Source: Ignavibacteriota bacterium (GTDB lineage: Bacteria > Bacteroidota > Ignavibacteria > UBA10030 > UBA6906). Taken from it: a DNA stretch of 64,000 nt. How positions within the stretch are numbered: position 1 is the stretch's first letter; each line of letters opens with the position of its first letter. Location of the stretch: assembly GCA_963801355.1 (NCBI GenBank), contig CAWDEM010000004.1:768001-832000 (forward strand), read 5' to 3'. Both the position numbers and the translations under genes were made by a program. The notes under the pieces were generated by a model. That model saw only the letters and a program-made list of their open reading frames with translations. It was not told the DNA's origin and ran no database searches. Positions 1 through 9,547 of this stretch are shown piece by piece.

Positions 1-641
1 CGCGGGACATGACGGCGATACATCCGCGGAGCGGAAAGACCATCAGGCTTTCCAATGCCGCCAAGTTGTTCGGACGCGATCGTGAAACTGTCGATGAAGC
101 ATACCCCGGGGACATCGTCGGGTTCGTGGGCCAATCGCTCCTGGGCATAGGCGACACACTCACGGAAGATCCGGGGATTGTGTACGATGAAATACCACGG
201 TTCCCTCCTGAGTGCTTTTCGCTGCTGAGCAATCCCAATCCGTCAAAGTTCAAACGGTTCCGGGAGGGGGTTGACCAGCTGCTCCGCGAAGGCGTGGTGC
301 AGGGATTTCAACCTCGCAATTCGTCGACGCAGATTCCGATCCTCGCAGCTGTCGGTCCCCTGCAATTTGAAGTGTTCCAGTACCGTCTGGAGAGCGAGTA
401 CGGGGCGGAGGTGCGGCTCGAACAGACCGAGTGGAAATTTGTCCGTTGGGTGCATCCGTCCGTGGATGTGCAACTTCTCACGCCGGAAGTGCTGCCGACC
501 GGTGCGATCCTGGCCAATGACGCTCAGGGGCAACCGGTAATTCTCTTTCCGGGGGAGTGGGCACTGCATCTCTTCGTTCAAAAGAACCCTACGGTACTCC
601 TCGGGTTGCTTCCGTTTGAAAATGGGGTGGGAAATGAGTAA
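1..641 (+). CDS. prfC: Peptide chain release factor 3, C-terminal part (5' end outside the window)
   Basis: Motifs 'EAYPGDIVG', 'IGDTL', 'IPRFPPECF', 'FREGVDQLLREGVVQ' and 'AVGPLQFEVFQYRLESEYG' are characteristic of RF3 domains II-III. Confidence 0.93.
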   Translation, partial: RDMTAIHPRSGKTIRLSNAAKLFGRDRETVDEAYPGDIVGFVGQSLLGIGDTLTEDPGIVYDEIPRFPPECFSLLSNPNPSKFKRFREGVDQLLREGVVQGFQPRNSSTQIPILAAVGPLQFEVFQYRLESEYGAEVRLEQTEWKFVRWVHPSVDVQLLTPEVLPTGAILANDAQGQPVILFPGEWALHLFVQKNPTVLLGLLPFENGVGNE

Positions 642-803
642 ATTCGTACATTCTGCATCAACGTGTGCATCGAGATAGGGCCGCACACTGCTTCAGGCTG
701 CATGCCGCTGTAGAGTTCGAGGGCGATAACCTCACGAAACCGTGAACCCATTGAGACGGACACTGTCTCAAACGTGGGGATCACTGTATTCAGGGAGACC
801 AGA

Positions 804-1385
804 ATGGACAAGATCGTGGCTCGCTGGGAATGGCGGACATTCGGCAATGCGTTCGGCGTCGCCGAAGAGAAAATCACAACGTATCCCGCTAAAGTCCGGG
901 AAAGTGCAGAGGTGTACATCCTCTCGACCCGCAGCATGGACAACACGAAGATCCGTGACATGCTCATGGACATCAAGTATCTCGTGCAGGTGAACGAGAA
1001 CAGGCTCGAGCAGTGGTACCCCCTGATGAAGGCGGGTTTTCCGATACAGCCTGATCAGGTGCGTGAGACGGTGAAAGCCTGGAAGGTGGAGGTGCCCCCA
1101 TCGGCGATTATGCTATACAGCTACGACGATTTCCTGAATGTCCTTGTGCGGAAGCATCCCGATCTCAAGATGGTGCACGTGGACAAGGAGCGCCACGGTT
1201 ACACGATCAACAACTGCATTGTGGAGATCGCCAACCTGAAATTCGACAACCAGCCGATCCGTACGATCGCGGTTGAACACGAGGACCCCAAACTCGTGTG
1301 GGAGACGGTGTGCATGCTGGGGTTGGACAAGTTCGAGAATATCAACTATCTCAAAGCGCTGAAGAAATTCGCCGCGATTCCCTAA
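804..1385 (+). CDS. CYTH-like (triphosphate tunnel) superfamily protein, 'RWEWRTFG' subtype
   Basis: N-terminal 'RWEWRTF' resembles the CYTH ExExK strand; also 'KIRD..MDIK', 'VDKERHGY', 'VEIA' and C-terminal 'NINY'. ATG at 804 follows a GGGAG RBS. Confidence 0.6.
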   Translation: MDKIVARWEWRTFGNAFGVAEEKITTYPAKVRESAEVYILSTRSMDNTKIRDMLMDIKYLVQVNENRLEQWYPLMKAGFPIQPDQVRETVKAWKVEVPPSAIMLYSYDDFLNVLVRKHPDLKMVHVDKERHGYTINNCIVEIANLKFDNQPIRTIAVEHEDPKLVWETVCMLGLDKFENINYLKALKKFAAIP

Positions 1386-1411
1386 ACCGCATGTCAGGAG
1401 GCATCAGCACT

Positions 1412-1882
1412 ATGGCCAAAGAAATTGAACGCAAGTTTCTTGTCATCGGGGAGGAATGGAAACGCGGGACCTCCGGCGTCTCCTACCGGCAGGGCTACCT
1501 CTCCACTGTGAAAGAACGGACGGTTCGTGTGCGCACCGTCGGGGACAAAGGATTCCTGACAATCAAAGGTGTCACGGTGGGTGTGAGTAGGAGCGAATTT
1601 GAATACCCGATTCCGACGGCCGACGCAAATGCGATGTTGGACGACCTGTGTGAACGTCCGCTGATCGAGAAGACACGCTACAAGGTCCAGCACGCGGGTC
1701 TCACCTGGGAAATCGACGAGTTTTTTGGCGAGAACCGGGGACTGATCGTTGCGGAGGTTGAGCTGAAGGATGAACAGCAGACATTTGACCTTCCCTCCTG
1801 GGTTGGCAAGGAGGTGTCAGGAGACCCCCGGTATTTCAACTCCAATCTGATTAAGACGCCCTACACGCAATGGAAGCGGTAA
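1412..1882 (+). CDS. CYTH domain protein (inorganic triphosphatase / adenylate cyclase-like)
   Basis: Canonical 'EIERKFLV', 'QGYL', 'VRVR', 'LTIKG', 'EFEY', 'IEKTRY', 'WEIDEF', 'AEVEL', 'EVSGDPRYFNSNL'. AGGAGG upstream. Confidence 0.93.
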   Translation: MAKEIERKFLVIGEEWKRGTSGVSYRQGYLSTVKERTVRVRTVGDKGFLTIKGVTVGVSRSEFEYPIPTADANAMLDDLCERPLIEKTRYKVQHAGLTWEIDEFFGENRGLIVAEVELKDEQQTFDLPSWVGKEVSGDPRYFNSNLIKTPYTQWKR

Positions 1883-3402
1883 CGAGCGACGAGCTCGACG
1901 ACATCCTTGACCTTGAGAAGCACAAGCTCGCGGTCATTCCGCAGAAGCAGGTAACGCGCTTCGAACGCCGGATGAAGTATTTCAGCATCCCGTTCGGGTT
2001 CCTGGTCTTCGGATGGCTCTATTTCATGCCCACGCCGGCCGGGTTGACTGCATCGGGCCAGGCCGTGCTCGCAAGTTTCTCGCTCGCGTTGATACTCTGG
2101 ATCTCCGAAGCCATCCCCACCCACGTCACCTCCCTCGTCCTGATGGTGTTTCTCGTGTTCCTCAACGGATGGGACATGAGCAACGTGCTGGGCACGCTCG
2201 GGTATGACGTGATCTGGCTGAACGTCATGGCGTTCATCCTGAGCTCGCTGCTTGTGAAGACCCAGCTGGCCAAACGCATCGCACTGAACCTTATCGTGCG
2301 GTTCGGCCGCCGCGGGATGCCGATGCTCTTTGCCTTCGTGATCCTGCAGTTGATTCTCGCTCCGCTGATTCCCGCCACCGCCCCGCGCGCGGTCATGACG
2401 TTGCCCATCATGTTGATTGTCGGCGCGATCTATGGTTCGACAAGCGAAAGACCCAACAGCTTCGGTAAGAATCTCCTCCTGCAGAACCTTGTCGGCATCA
2501 ATGTGGCCTCCTCTGGATTCATGACCGGAAGCACGGCGAATATCATTGCGATTGGCTTCATCTATGATCTTGCCGGCACAAAGGTGTACTACTCCGACTG
2601 GATGCTGGCCAATCTTCCGGTTGTCCTGCTGCTCCTCCTCGCGACATGGTACCTGGGGCCGAAATTGTTGATACGGCTGAAGCCGGAGGAGGCCACTCCG
2701 CGCATTGCGGGAGGGCTTGACGCGTTGAAACGGCAACTGGAACGTATGGGCAAGATCACACGGGTGGAGCTGAAGGGCGCGGCAATCTTCGGCATCGTGA
2801 TCCTTCTCTGGCTCACCGACCGGTTCCACCGGAGCATGTTCGGCTTCGAAATCGATCCTGTCATGGCGGCGATGGTGGGCGGAATCATCGCCCTGCTGCC
2901 GAAGGTCGGCATCCTGAAGTGGAACGAGGCGGATATCCCGTGGCATCTTATGCTGTTCAGTGCCGGGGCGTATGCCGGGGGACTGGCGCTCAACGATTCC
3001 GGTGCGGCGCAGTGGGTGATCGGACAGGTGTTCCAACTCATCCACTTCAGCCGCGACGTGCAGTTCTGGCAGGTGTATGTCATCGTCGTCGCACTCATGC
3101 TCTATTCGCATCTGGTGTTTACAAGCAAAACGATGCGCACCATCATTCTCATTCCGTTTATTATCGGGCTTGCACGGGAGCTGGGCTTCGAACCGCTCGC
3201 TCTCGCGCTGCCGGCGGCATTCACTATCGACTGGGTCATCGGCCTCCCGATCAGCGCGAAGCCGAACGTCATTCTGTTCACTACGGGACAATATTCCGTG
3301 CTCGAGAATCTCCGGTACGGCGTGATTGTGTCAACGATCGGCCTTGTTCTCCTGGTGGTGGCCGGGTTCACGTGGTTCCGTTTTCTTGGTATTACCCCTT
3401 AG
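1870..3402 (+). CDS. DASS/SLC13 family anion transporter
   Basis: About 13 hydrophobic segments; 'LWISEAIP', 'IPATAPRA', 'MTGSTANII', 'IPWHLMLF', 'PISAKPNVI'. Start overlaps the CYTH gene. Confidence 0.88.
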   Translation: MEAVTSDELDDILDLEKHKLAVIPQKQVTRFERRMKYFSIPFGFLVFGWLYFMPTPAGLTASGQAVLASFSLALILWISEAIPTHVTSLVLMVFLVFLNGWDMSNVLGTLGYDVIWLNVMAFILSSLLVKTQLAKRIALNLIVRFGRRGMPMLFAFVILQLILAPLIPATAPRAVMTLPIMLIVGAIYGSTSERPNSFGKNLLLQNLVGINVASSGFMTGSTANIIAIGFIYDLAGTKVYYSDWMLANLPVVLLLLLATWYLGPKLLIRLKPEEATPRIAGGLDALKRQLERMGKITRVELKGAAIFGIVILLWLTDRFHRSMFGFEIDPVMAAMVGGIIALLPKVGILKWNEADIPWHLMLFSAGAYAGGLALNDSGAAQWVIGQVFQLIHFSRDVQFWQVYVIVVALMLYSHLVFTSKTMRTIILIPFIIGLARELGFEPLALALPAAFTIDWVIGLPISAKPNVILFTTGQYSVLENLRYGVIVSTIGLVLLVVAGFTWFRFLGITP

Positions 3403-3419
3403 GTCCCGGGAATAGGAAA

Positions 3420-4199
3420 ATGCGTACTCTGCTCATCTGCATGGCGTTGCTTCTTTCGGCAGTCTCCCCGCTGACCGGGGCTGTCCGGGAAGTACCGTTG
3501 TCATTGTACGCCGAAACCGTTTCTCTTGCATCTGACGGCGGCGCGGAAATCACCGTGCGCACCATCGCCCGGGGGCTATCCGGGGGAGACACGATCGTGG
3601 TTCCGTACGCGTACGCAGGGTGGCCTGACTCCGTCGTGTACGGCGAGAACGTGCGGCAGTTGTTTGCGCAAACCGTGCAGGGACAGCGCAGGACGTTTCT
3701 TGCCCTCAGCGGGACAGTCACCGGGGAGGATACTCTGGAGTACAGGTTCCGGCTCGCTCAGGTGACATCGTTTGCCAAGGCGTCGACGGAGGACTTCGGG
3801 GTCTATGTCGTCTCGTACAGGCTGGTGCAGACCTCAATCGCACCCATTACAGCGGCGTCGGTTTGCGTGGTGTTGCCGGAGGAGATGGTGGTCAACAAAG
3901 TCGTCTCGAGTCTCCCGGTGCGGAAAGCCAACACGCCCGGGTCGCCCTACATTCTTGGCATGAAAGACGGCCGCCATTGCGTGACGCTGACAGATTCCAC
4001 CGTGCAACAAGGAGACGTTCTGTCGCTGGTGTTCCAGGCGAAGGCGGCCGCCAAATCCCCATGGCTGATCCTGGGACTGGTGCTGTGTGCCGCCGCATAT
4101 CTTATTGCGTTCCGTGACCTGCTGAAATCACCGGAAACGGTTGGGAGTATTCCAGGCAAGAACATTCATTCATCATCTTACAAGGAGCAAGGACAATGA
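3420..4199 (+). CDS. Hypothetical exported protein with C-terminal membrane anchor
   Basis: Signal peptide 'MRTLLICMALLLSAVSPLTGA', beta-rich body and a TM helix 'PWLILGLVLCAAAYLIAF'. AGGA RBS; ATGA overlap with the next gene. Confidence 0.7.
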   Translation: MRTLLICMALLLSAVSPLTGAVREVPLSLYAETVSLASDGGAEITVRTIARGLSGGDTIVVPYAYAGWPDSVVYGENVRQLFAQTVQGQRRTFLALSGTVTGEDTLEYRFRLAQVTSFAKASTEDFGVYVVSYRLVQTSIAPITAASVCVVLPEEMVVNKVVSSLPVRKANTPGSPYILGMKDGRHCVTLTDSTVQQGDVLSLVFQAKAAAKSPWLILGLVLCAAAYLIAFRDLLKSPETVGSIPGKNIHSSSYKEQGQ

Positions 4200-5449
4200 A
4201 AAAAGCCGCAGGAGTTTTGTGTGCACTGTTGATGCTGCTCCCGTGCGTGTCGTCTGCGCAGTCGGAGGGCGGCGCAGATGAGGGGTCGCGGGTGCCGCTG
4301 GGTGTCGAGCAGCGAGCGGGAAAGCTGGTATTCGAGTCGCAAGACGGCGCCTTCAAGTGGTGGATCGACTCGCGCATCCAGGTTGACGGTGCCATGTATT
4401 TTGAAAACAAGAATCCCTTGAGCAACGGGACCATCATGCGCCGTGCGACGTTGGCCTTGAAGACGGTGCTCTGGACAAACTGGCAGGCGGAAATCGATAT
4501 GGATTTCGGCGATGCCGTCCTGGACGCAAGAGACATCTGGATACGGTATAGTTTTCCCAAGACGAATCTCGCCTTGCAGGTCGGGAATTTCAAAGAGCCA
4601 TTTGGTCTGGAACGGCTCGGCAGCTCCCGCCTGCTGACATTTCTGGAGCGTTCAACGCCTACCAACGCGTTCACGCTCGGCCGGCGCATGGGGCTGGCGG
4701 GGCGTTACTGGACCGACTTCGGCCAGTTGACGCTGGCCGTGATGGGGCATGAGCTTGGCACGCGGGTTGACAAGGGGACGCTGGATGAAGGGGTCGAGGC
4801 GGTGGCGCGTGTGACCTTCGCGCCGATCAATGAGAAGGGGAAGACGCTGCACATCGGCGGGGCATACGCCTCGAAGACACCGGACGTCACGCCCGACCTC
4901 GCCCCAAATACCATCGAACTGAAAGCCCGGACCGAGACCTACGTGTTCGATCCCAAGCCCCTGCACTCCGGCGACATCACAGACGTGAACTACTACGACC
5001 GGATGGGCGGCGAGCTGGCCGCTGCCTGCGGTCCGCTCTATGTCCAGGGCGAGGTGTTCACAACGGCAGTGCACCGCTGGTACGAGAAACCAACCGGCAA
5101 CTTCATGGGAGGATACCTGACAGCCAGCTACATGCTCACCGGCGAATCCCGTAGCTACTTCGTCGATGAGGGGGAATTCGGCCCGATCGACCCGCCGGGC
5201 AGCGAGTGGGGCGCACTGGAAGTTGCCGCCCGGTTCAGCCATGCCAATCTCAATGATCATGATGCCGGCATCGGGGGGGGCAAGTGCAACCAGGTGATGC
5301 TCGGGGTCAACTGGTATCCCAATGTGAATATCAAGATTATGCTGAATTTCTCGAACGTGAACCTGGACGAGAACGCCACCAGCAAGGGCCGGATGATAGG
5401 AGGAGACAACTTCTCGTTCCTCCAGATGCGGTTCCAGGCGTCGATGTAA
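4196..5449 (+). CDS. Phosphate-selective porin OprO/OprP family
   Basis: Signal peptide; 'RIQVD', 'MRRA', 'GNFKEPFGLERLGSSRLLTFLERS', 'SYMLTGESRSY', 'WGALEVAARFS', 'LGVNWYPN'. Confidence 0.9.
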   Translation: MKKAAGVLCALLMLLPCVSSAQSEGGADEGSRVPLGVEQRAGKLVFESQDGAFKWWIDSRIQVDGAMYFENKNPLSNGTIMRRATLALKTVLWTNWQAEIDMDFGDAVLDARDIWIRYSFPKTNLALQVGNFKEPFGLERLGSSRLLTFLERSTPTNAFTLGRRMGLAGRYWTDFGQLTLAVMGHELGTRVDKGTLDEGVEAVARVTFAPINEKGKTLHIGGAYASKTPDVTPDLAPNTIELKARTETYVFDPKPLHSGDITDVNYYDRMGGELAAACGPLYVQGEVFTTAVHRWYEKPTGNFMGGYLTASYMLTGESRSYFVDEGEFGPIDPPGSEWGALEVAARFSHANLNDHDAGIGGGKCNQVMLGVNWYPNVNIKIMLNFSNVNLDENATSKGRMIGGDNFSFLQMRFQASM

Positions 5450-5502
5450 TCAGTCCCATGGCTTTGAACACAGATTTGTCATATCTTTCATGAGGTCTCA
5501 AT

Positions 5503-6030
5503 ATGAACTCGCATTATCCGAAGATCCTTCTCGTGATCACTCTTATCGGTTTGACGGTCCTGGCATCATGTTCTCGGGATGAGCCGACGCTTGTCGCGCC
5601 TGTTGTAGTTGTGCCGGGAGCGATAGTCATGAACGATACCTACTCCAGAGGAACTCCCGGCAATCTCGATTGGGTCGAACTCTACAATGTGGGCGGCACG
5701 GCGGTTGATCTTACCGGCTACAAGATCTACGACAGCGGCGGTCAGACGGGCGTAAAATCGAAGAAACCCATTCCGGCAGGTACTGTCGTCCCCGCTCATG
5801 GGTTCTATGTGGTGACCACGGATACGGTCTCGCCAGGGATCGCCGACGATGGCTTCGGGCTGTCAAGTGGCGGAGACGAAGTGTGGCTTGAAAACGCTGC
5901 CGGCGGCGTCATTGACCACGTGCAAATTCCGGCGATGGAGACTACACAGACGTACGGGAGATACCCCGATGGTGGTTCAACGTGGCAACTCCTAAACACC
6001 ATAACGAAGGGCACGTCGAACAAGCAGTAG
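5503..6030 (+). CDS. Lamin-tail-domain lipoprotein
   Basis: Lipobox-like 'LASC'; LTD motifs 'DWVELYN', 'VDLTGYKIYD', 'FGLSSGGDEVWL', 'TYGRYPDG', 'TKGTSN'. Confidence 0.82.
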   Translation: MNSHYPKILLVITLIGLTVLASCSRDEPTLVAPVVVVPGAIVMNDTYSRGTPGNLDWVELYNVGGTAVDLTGYKIYDSGGQTGVKSKKPIPAGTVVPAHGFYVVTTDTVSPGIADDGFGLSSGGDEVWLENAAGGVIDHVQIPAMETTQTYGRYPDGGSTWQLLNTITKGTSNKQ

Positions 6031-6102
6031 GAGGGACCGATTTTGGCAATAGAACATGTACATGGGTATCACTTACTATCCTACTCCCCAGGAGGGACAA
6101 CG

Positions 6103-7275
6103 ATGAAAAAACTGTATAGGATTCTTGCGGCGATGTTCGTCGCGTGTACCATCGCGTCGGTGAGCTTCGCGCAGGTACTCCTGAACGAAGCGTATTCGCG
6201 TGGTGTCGTGGGCAATCTGGATTGGGTGGAGGTCTACAACAATTCGGCCAGTGTGATCGATATCAGTGGATACAAGGTCTACGATGACGGTGGCCAGAGC
6301 GGTTCAAAGGACAAGAAACCATTCCCAGCAGGGACCCTCGTTCCTGCGTACGGGTTCGCCGTGATTGTGACCGATACTGCCACGGTCGGACTCAATGACA
6401 AATTCGGCCTGTCAAGCACCGGCGACAAGGTGTGGTTGGAGAACACCTCGGGTGTTCTGCTCGACAGCGTCATTGTTCCTGCGCTGGGCAACGACACTTC
6501 CGTGGCGCGGCAGACGGATGGATCGGCCAGTTGGGTGAAGCTGTCGCCGGTAACCAGGGGGACGACAAACAGCCAGGTCGTGATGAATGAAGTCTATTCC
6601 CGCGGCGTGGTTGGCGCTCTTGATTGGATTGAAATCTACAATGCCAGCGACGGCTCGATCGACATTTCCGGCTACAAGATCTACGACGACGGTGGTCAGT
6701 CGGGTTCAAAGGACAAAAAACCCTTCCCGGCAGGAACTGTCGTCCCTGCTCACGGATTCACTGTGATTGTAACCGATACTGCCACGGTCGGACTCAATGA
6801 CAAATTCGGCCTGTCAAGCACCGGCGACAAAATATGGCTTGAGAACGCAGGTGGCATCATCATTGATAGCGTCGCAATCCCTGCGCTTGGCATTGATACA
6901 TCGTATGCACGAAAACCCGATGGATCGGCGACCTGGGTAAAGATGAGCCCGACGACAAAAAGTCTCACGAACGGCACAGGTACCGCAGTGCGCGAGGAGG
7001 GCTCCGTCGCTACACGGTTCACCCTCGAGCAGAACTATCCCAATCCCTTCAATCCGAGCACAACAATACGATTCTCAGTTGTGGATCCACAATTTACCAC
7101 TCTGAGAGTGTATGACGTGCTCGGGCGTGAGGTAGCGGTCCTGGTGAACGAAGTTGAGCAACCGGGACAGTACACTGTGCAGTTCAACGCGGCAAATCTG
7201 AGCAGCGGCATCTATTTCTACACGCTCCGCGCTGGCAGCTTCGTGGAAACGAAGAAGCTCACCGTCATGAAGTAA
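6103..7275 (+). CDS. Secreted protein with two tandem lamin-tail domains and a T9SS type A sorting domain
   Basis: GGAGG RBS and signal peptide; two ~134-aa LTD repeats ('LLNEAYSRG..DWVEVYN' and 'VMNEVYSRG..DWIEIYN'); CTD 'LEQNYPNPFNPSTTI...SSGIYFYTL..GSFVETKKL'. Confidence 0.88.
   Translation: MKKLYRILAAMFVACTIASVSFAQVLLNEAYSRGVVGNLDWVEVYNNSASVIDISGYKVYDDGGQSGSKDKKPFPAGTLVPAYGFAVIVTDTATVGLNDKFGLSSTGDKVWLENTSGVLLDSVIVPALGNDTSVARQTDGSASWVKLSPVTRGTTNSQVVMNEVYSRGVVGALDWIEIYNASDGSIDISGYKIYDDGGQSGSKDKKPFPAGTVVPAHGFTVIVTDTATVGLNDKFGLSSTGDKIWLENAGGIIIDSVAIPALGIDTSYARKPDGSATWVKMSPTTKSLTNGTGTAVREEGSVATRFTLEQNYPNPFNPSTTIRFSVVDPQFTTLRVYDVLGREVAVLVNEVEQPGQYTVQFNAANLSSGIYFYTLRAGSFVETKKLTVMK
6175..6975 (+). 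repeat. Intragenic tandem duplication, 402-bp period (two LTD units)
   Basis: 6370-6428 is identical to 6772-6830 (59 bp, offset 402). The flanks are similar but diverged. Outer boundaries are approximate. Confidence 0.85.
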
Positions 7276-7403
7276 TGCGGGCACCTCATCGTGTGCTGCC
7301 GGATTGCCACAGGAGCCCATCGGACGATGGGCTCCTGTGTTCCAAAGCTGAGGGATGCACCATGAGTCCTGGCATTGTCGCTGCACCGGGTCGCTCTTCC
7401 ATC

Positions 7404-8165
7404 ATGACCGCACTTCCCAGGATCTGTGTCATGTGTATGGCGGCGTGGGTGATCTGTCTTGTATCGTGCAGTCGTAGTGAGCAGGCCGAGAGCAACCCGG
7501 TCGCGCCCGCGGTGCAGCGGCTCCAACTCATCACATCCTATTCCATGAGCATCTCGGAACCGTCAGGGCTTGTCTACTCCCCCAGGACGCAGAAGCTCTA
7601 CATGGTGTCAGATTCCCGGGCGGCGATCTTCGTCATTGACACCACCGGCCTCATCGTGAGCACGCTCCCGGTGGACGGGCAGGATCTCGAAGGCGTTACG
7701 CTCTCGGCGAACGCGGACACCTTCTATGTGGCGGAGGAGACCCTGTCACAGATCACCTCATATCTCCCCAACGGGGTTAAGATCGCCTCCTTCCCGATCA
7801 GTGTCCGGACGGATACAAAACACGGTCCTGAAGGTGTGACCATGGACGCTGCCGGTCATCTTGTCGTTATCAACGAAAAGTTCCCGATGATGATGCTGGA
7901 GTATACGGGAACCACAGAGGTGAAACGCACGACGCTGCCATACACCACGGACATTTCCGACATCTGTTACGATGCCGCAACGGATGCCTTCTGGATTGTC
8001 AGCGATGAATCACAGATGGTGATAAAGATCTCGCGCACCGGAGCGTTGCTCGGGCAATGGAGTACGCCGGTGAATCAGGGGGAGGGGATCGCGTTCATCG
8101 GCAGCCGGATGTACATAGTGTCTGATACTGATGCGAAGCTCTACGTGTTCGTGAAGCCGTCCTGA
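7404..8165 (+). CDS. SdiA-regulated (YjiK-like) beta-propeller, probable lipoprotein (start uncertain; ORF open from 7275)
   Basis: 'EPSGL', 'VSD', 'DLEGVT', 'VAEE', 'GPEGVT', 'DISDI', 'WIVSDES', 'QGEGIAF', 'YIVSD'; lipobox-like 'LVSC'. Confidence 0.8.
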   Translation: MTALPRICVMCMAAWVICLVSCSRSEQAESNPVAPAVQRLQLITSYSMSISEPSGLVYSPRTQKLYMVSDSRAAIFVIDTTGLIVSTLPVDGQDLEGVTLSANADTFYVAEETLSQITSYLPNGVKIASFPISVRTDTKHGPEGVTMDAAGHLVVINEKFPMMMLEYTGTTEVKRTTLPYTTDISDICYDAATDAFWIVSDESQMVIKISRTGALLGQWSTPVNQGEGIAFIGSRMYIVSDTDAKLYVFVKPS

Positions 8166-8336
8166 TTACCAAGTCCCCATTCACTCCCGGCCCCGCACAT
8201 CCATGCTCATCACTATTTCCTCTTCCCTCATCGAAAAACACACACTCCGGCTGTAGTAATCTGGTGAGAATCAATGGACGCGAAGCGAGACACCATTGAC
8301 GAACTCACACTCACGTACCCCCCCCAAGGAGCAGCC

Positions 8337-8534
8337 ATGAAAAGAATACTGATTGCGCTTGTCATCGTGCTCTTGCTCTGCGCGACGATCACTGCTGATT
8401 CCTTTGCAAAGCCGGCATCGTGTGTGAATGCACTCCGGCAATGCGCCAATTGGTGCAGTAATTACTACGGTGATTGGTTTCCTCTGGTCGACGCCTGCGA
8501 GACCGGCTGCGCCATCGCGTATCTTTTCTGTTGA
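8337..8534 (+). CDS. Small secreted cysteine-rich peptide (65 aa; predicted 41-aa mature part with 6 Cys)
   Basis: AAGGAG RBS; Sec signal 'MKRILIALVIVLLLCATITADSFA'; mature KPASCVNALRQCANWCSNYYGDWFPLVDACETGCAIAYLFC. Confidence 0.8.
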   Translation: MKRILIALVIVLLLCATITADSFAKPASCVNALRQCANWCSNYYGDWFPLVDACETGCAIAYLFC

Positions 8535-8548
8535 TCCGGGAGAACGCC

Positions 8549-9547
8549 ATGAACGGTCTTCGCTGGATGCACATGTTGCCGGAGTACCTTTCTGTTCTCG
8601 GCGTGCTCATGATATCTCCCAGCCCGCAGCCGGCCGCCACTCGAGCGCAGACCGTTCTGAACCTCGCCCCGCATGCAACAATCGGCCTCACCGAAGAGAA
8701 TCTCATCCTGGGGGCTTTCGGCCTTGCAGCCCTCCGCGGCGAACACCTGGTCGTCGCGGACAAACTGGAATGCAGCATCAAGGTTTTCAACGCACACTGG
8801 CAGCTGGCGTATTCCACAGGCCGCAGGGGTGAAGGCAACGGAGAGTTCCGGGGGCCAGGTCCTGTCGCGACAACCGACACCCTGATAGCCGTTGCTGACT
8901 TCCAATCCACACGAGTGCAGGTCTTCACGCACCAACTCAGACACCTTTGTACGTTTCACACTGACAGACCCGTTTTCGCGCTTGCCTTCGACGGCACCGG
9001 GCAACTCTGGATCGGGCAATTGCCCAACGCCCGGGGTGAGACGCTCTTCCGTGTTGATATCCGCGGCAACATTTTGGCGCGCATAGCTCTCCGGCACGCT
9101 TCCGGGGACATATTCGACAGTGTCTTCACGCTGGCGATCACAGACAACGGAGAGCTGGTTGTAGCATACATGACCCGCAATATCGTGGAGGTCCGGGATT
9201 CCGCCGGGCGCTTCGTCCGGGACTTCTCTGTTCCTGGAATGCGCGCCGAAGCTGGACGCAGAAAGCTCTCCACCGGCTTGTTCTCGGCCAGTGTGTCAAT
9301 CCCCGAAGAGAATATGTTCCTGGGTGTCACCGCCGGCGGGGACGGCATGATCTACCTGCTCGCTGATGCCTACACCGAGAACCCCCGTCAGGATATCTAC
9401 GTCGTCAACCCGCACGGGAGAGTCATGTCCCGATTGAAGCTTCAGGAAGCATCCTCCGGCATCTGTTGTGACGGCCATGAACGGCTGTTCAGTATCGAAC
9501 GTGCCCGCATGCTCATCCATGTCTACCAGTTGCGGAGACCATCATGA
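8549..9547 (+). CDS. Exported NHL/6-bladed beta-propeller protein
   Basis: GGAG RBS; hydrophobic N-terminus; NHL-type 'GRRGEGNGEFRGP', 'IAVAD..STRVQVF'. Confidence 0.8.
   Translation: MNGLRWMHMLPEYLSVLGVLMISPSPQPAATRAQTVLNLAPHATIGLTEENLILGAFGLAALRGEHLVVADKLECSIKVFNAHWQLAYSTGRRGEGNGEFRGPGPVATTDTLIAVADFQSTRVQVFTHQLRHLCTFHTDRPVFALAFDGTGQLWIGQLPNARGETLFRVDIRGNILARIALRHASGDIFDSVFTLAITDNGELVVAYMTRNIVEVRDSAGRFVRDFSVPGMRAEAGRRKLSTGLFSASVSIPEENMFLGVTAGGDGMIYLLADAYTENPRQDIYVVNPHGRVMSRLKLQEASSGICCDGHERLFSIERARMLIHVYQLRRPS

Noticed and set aside
1861-3291. Long antisense ORFs (also 30809-32086, 48338-49528, 61500-62852)
   Set aside because: They shadow well-supported genes in GC-rich DNA and have no recognisable motifs.
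8337-8534. Six-Cys peptide as a ranthipeptide/sactipeptide or double-Gly bacteriocin precursor
   Set aside because: It has a Sec signal rather than a RiPP leader, and there is no SPASM radical SAM enzyme or peptidase-ABC exporter. The only radical SAM gene in the window is the GRE activase.
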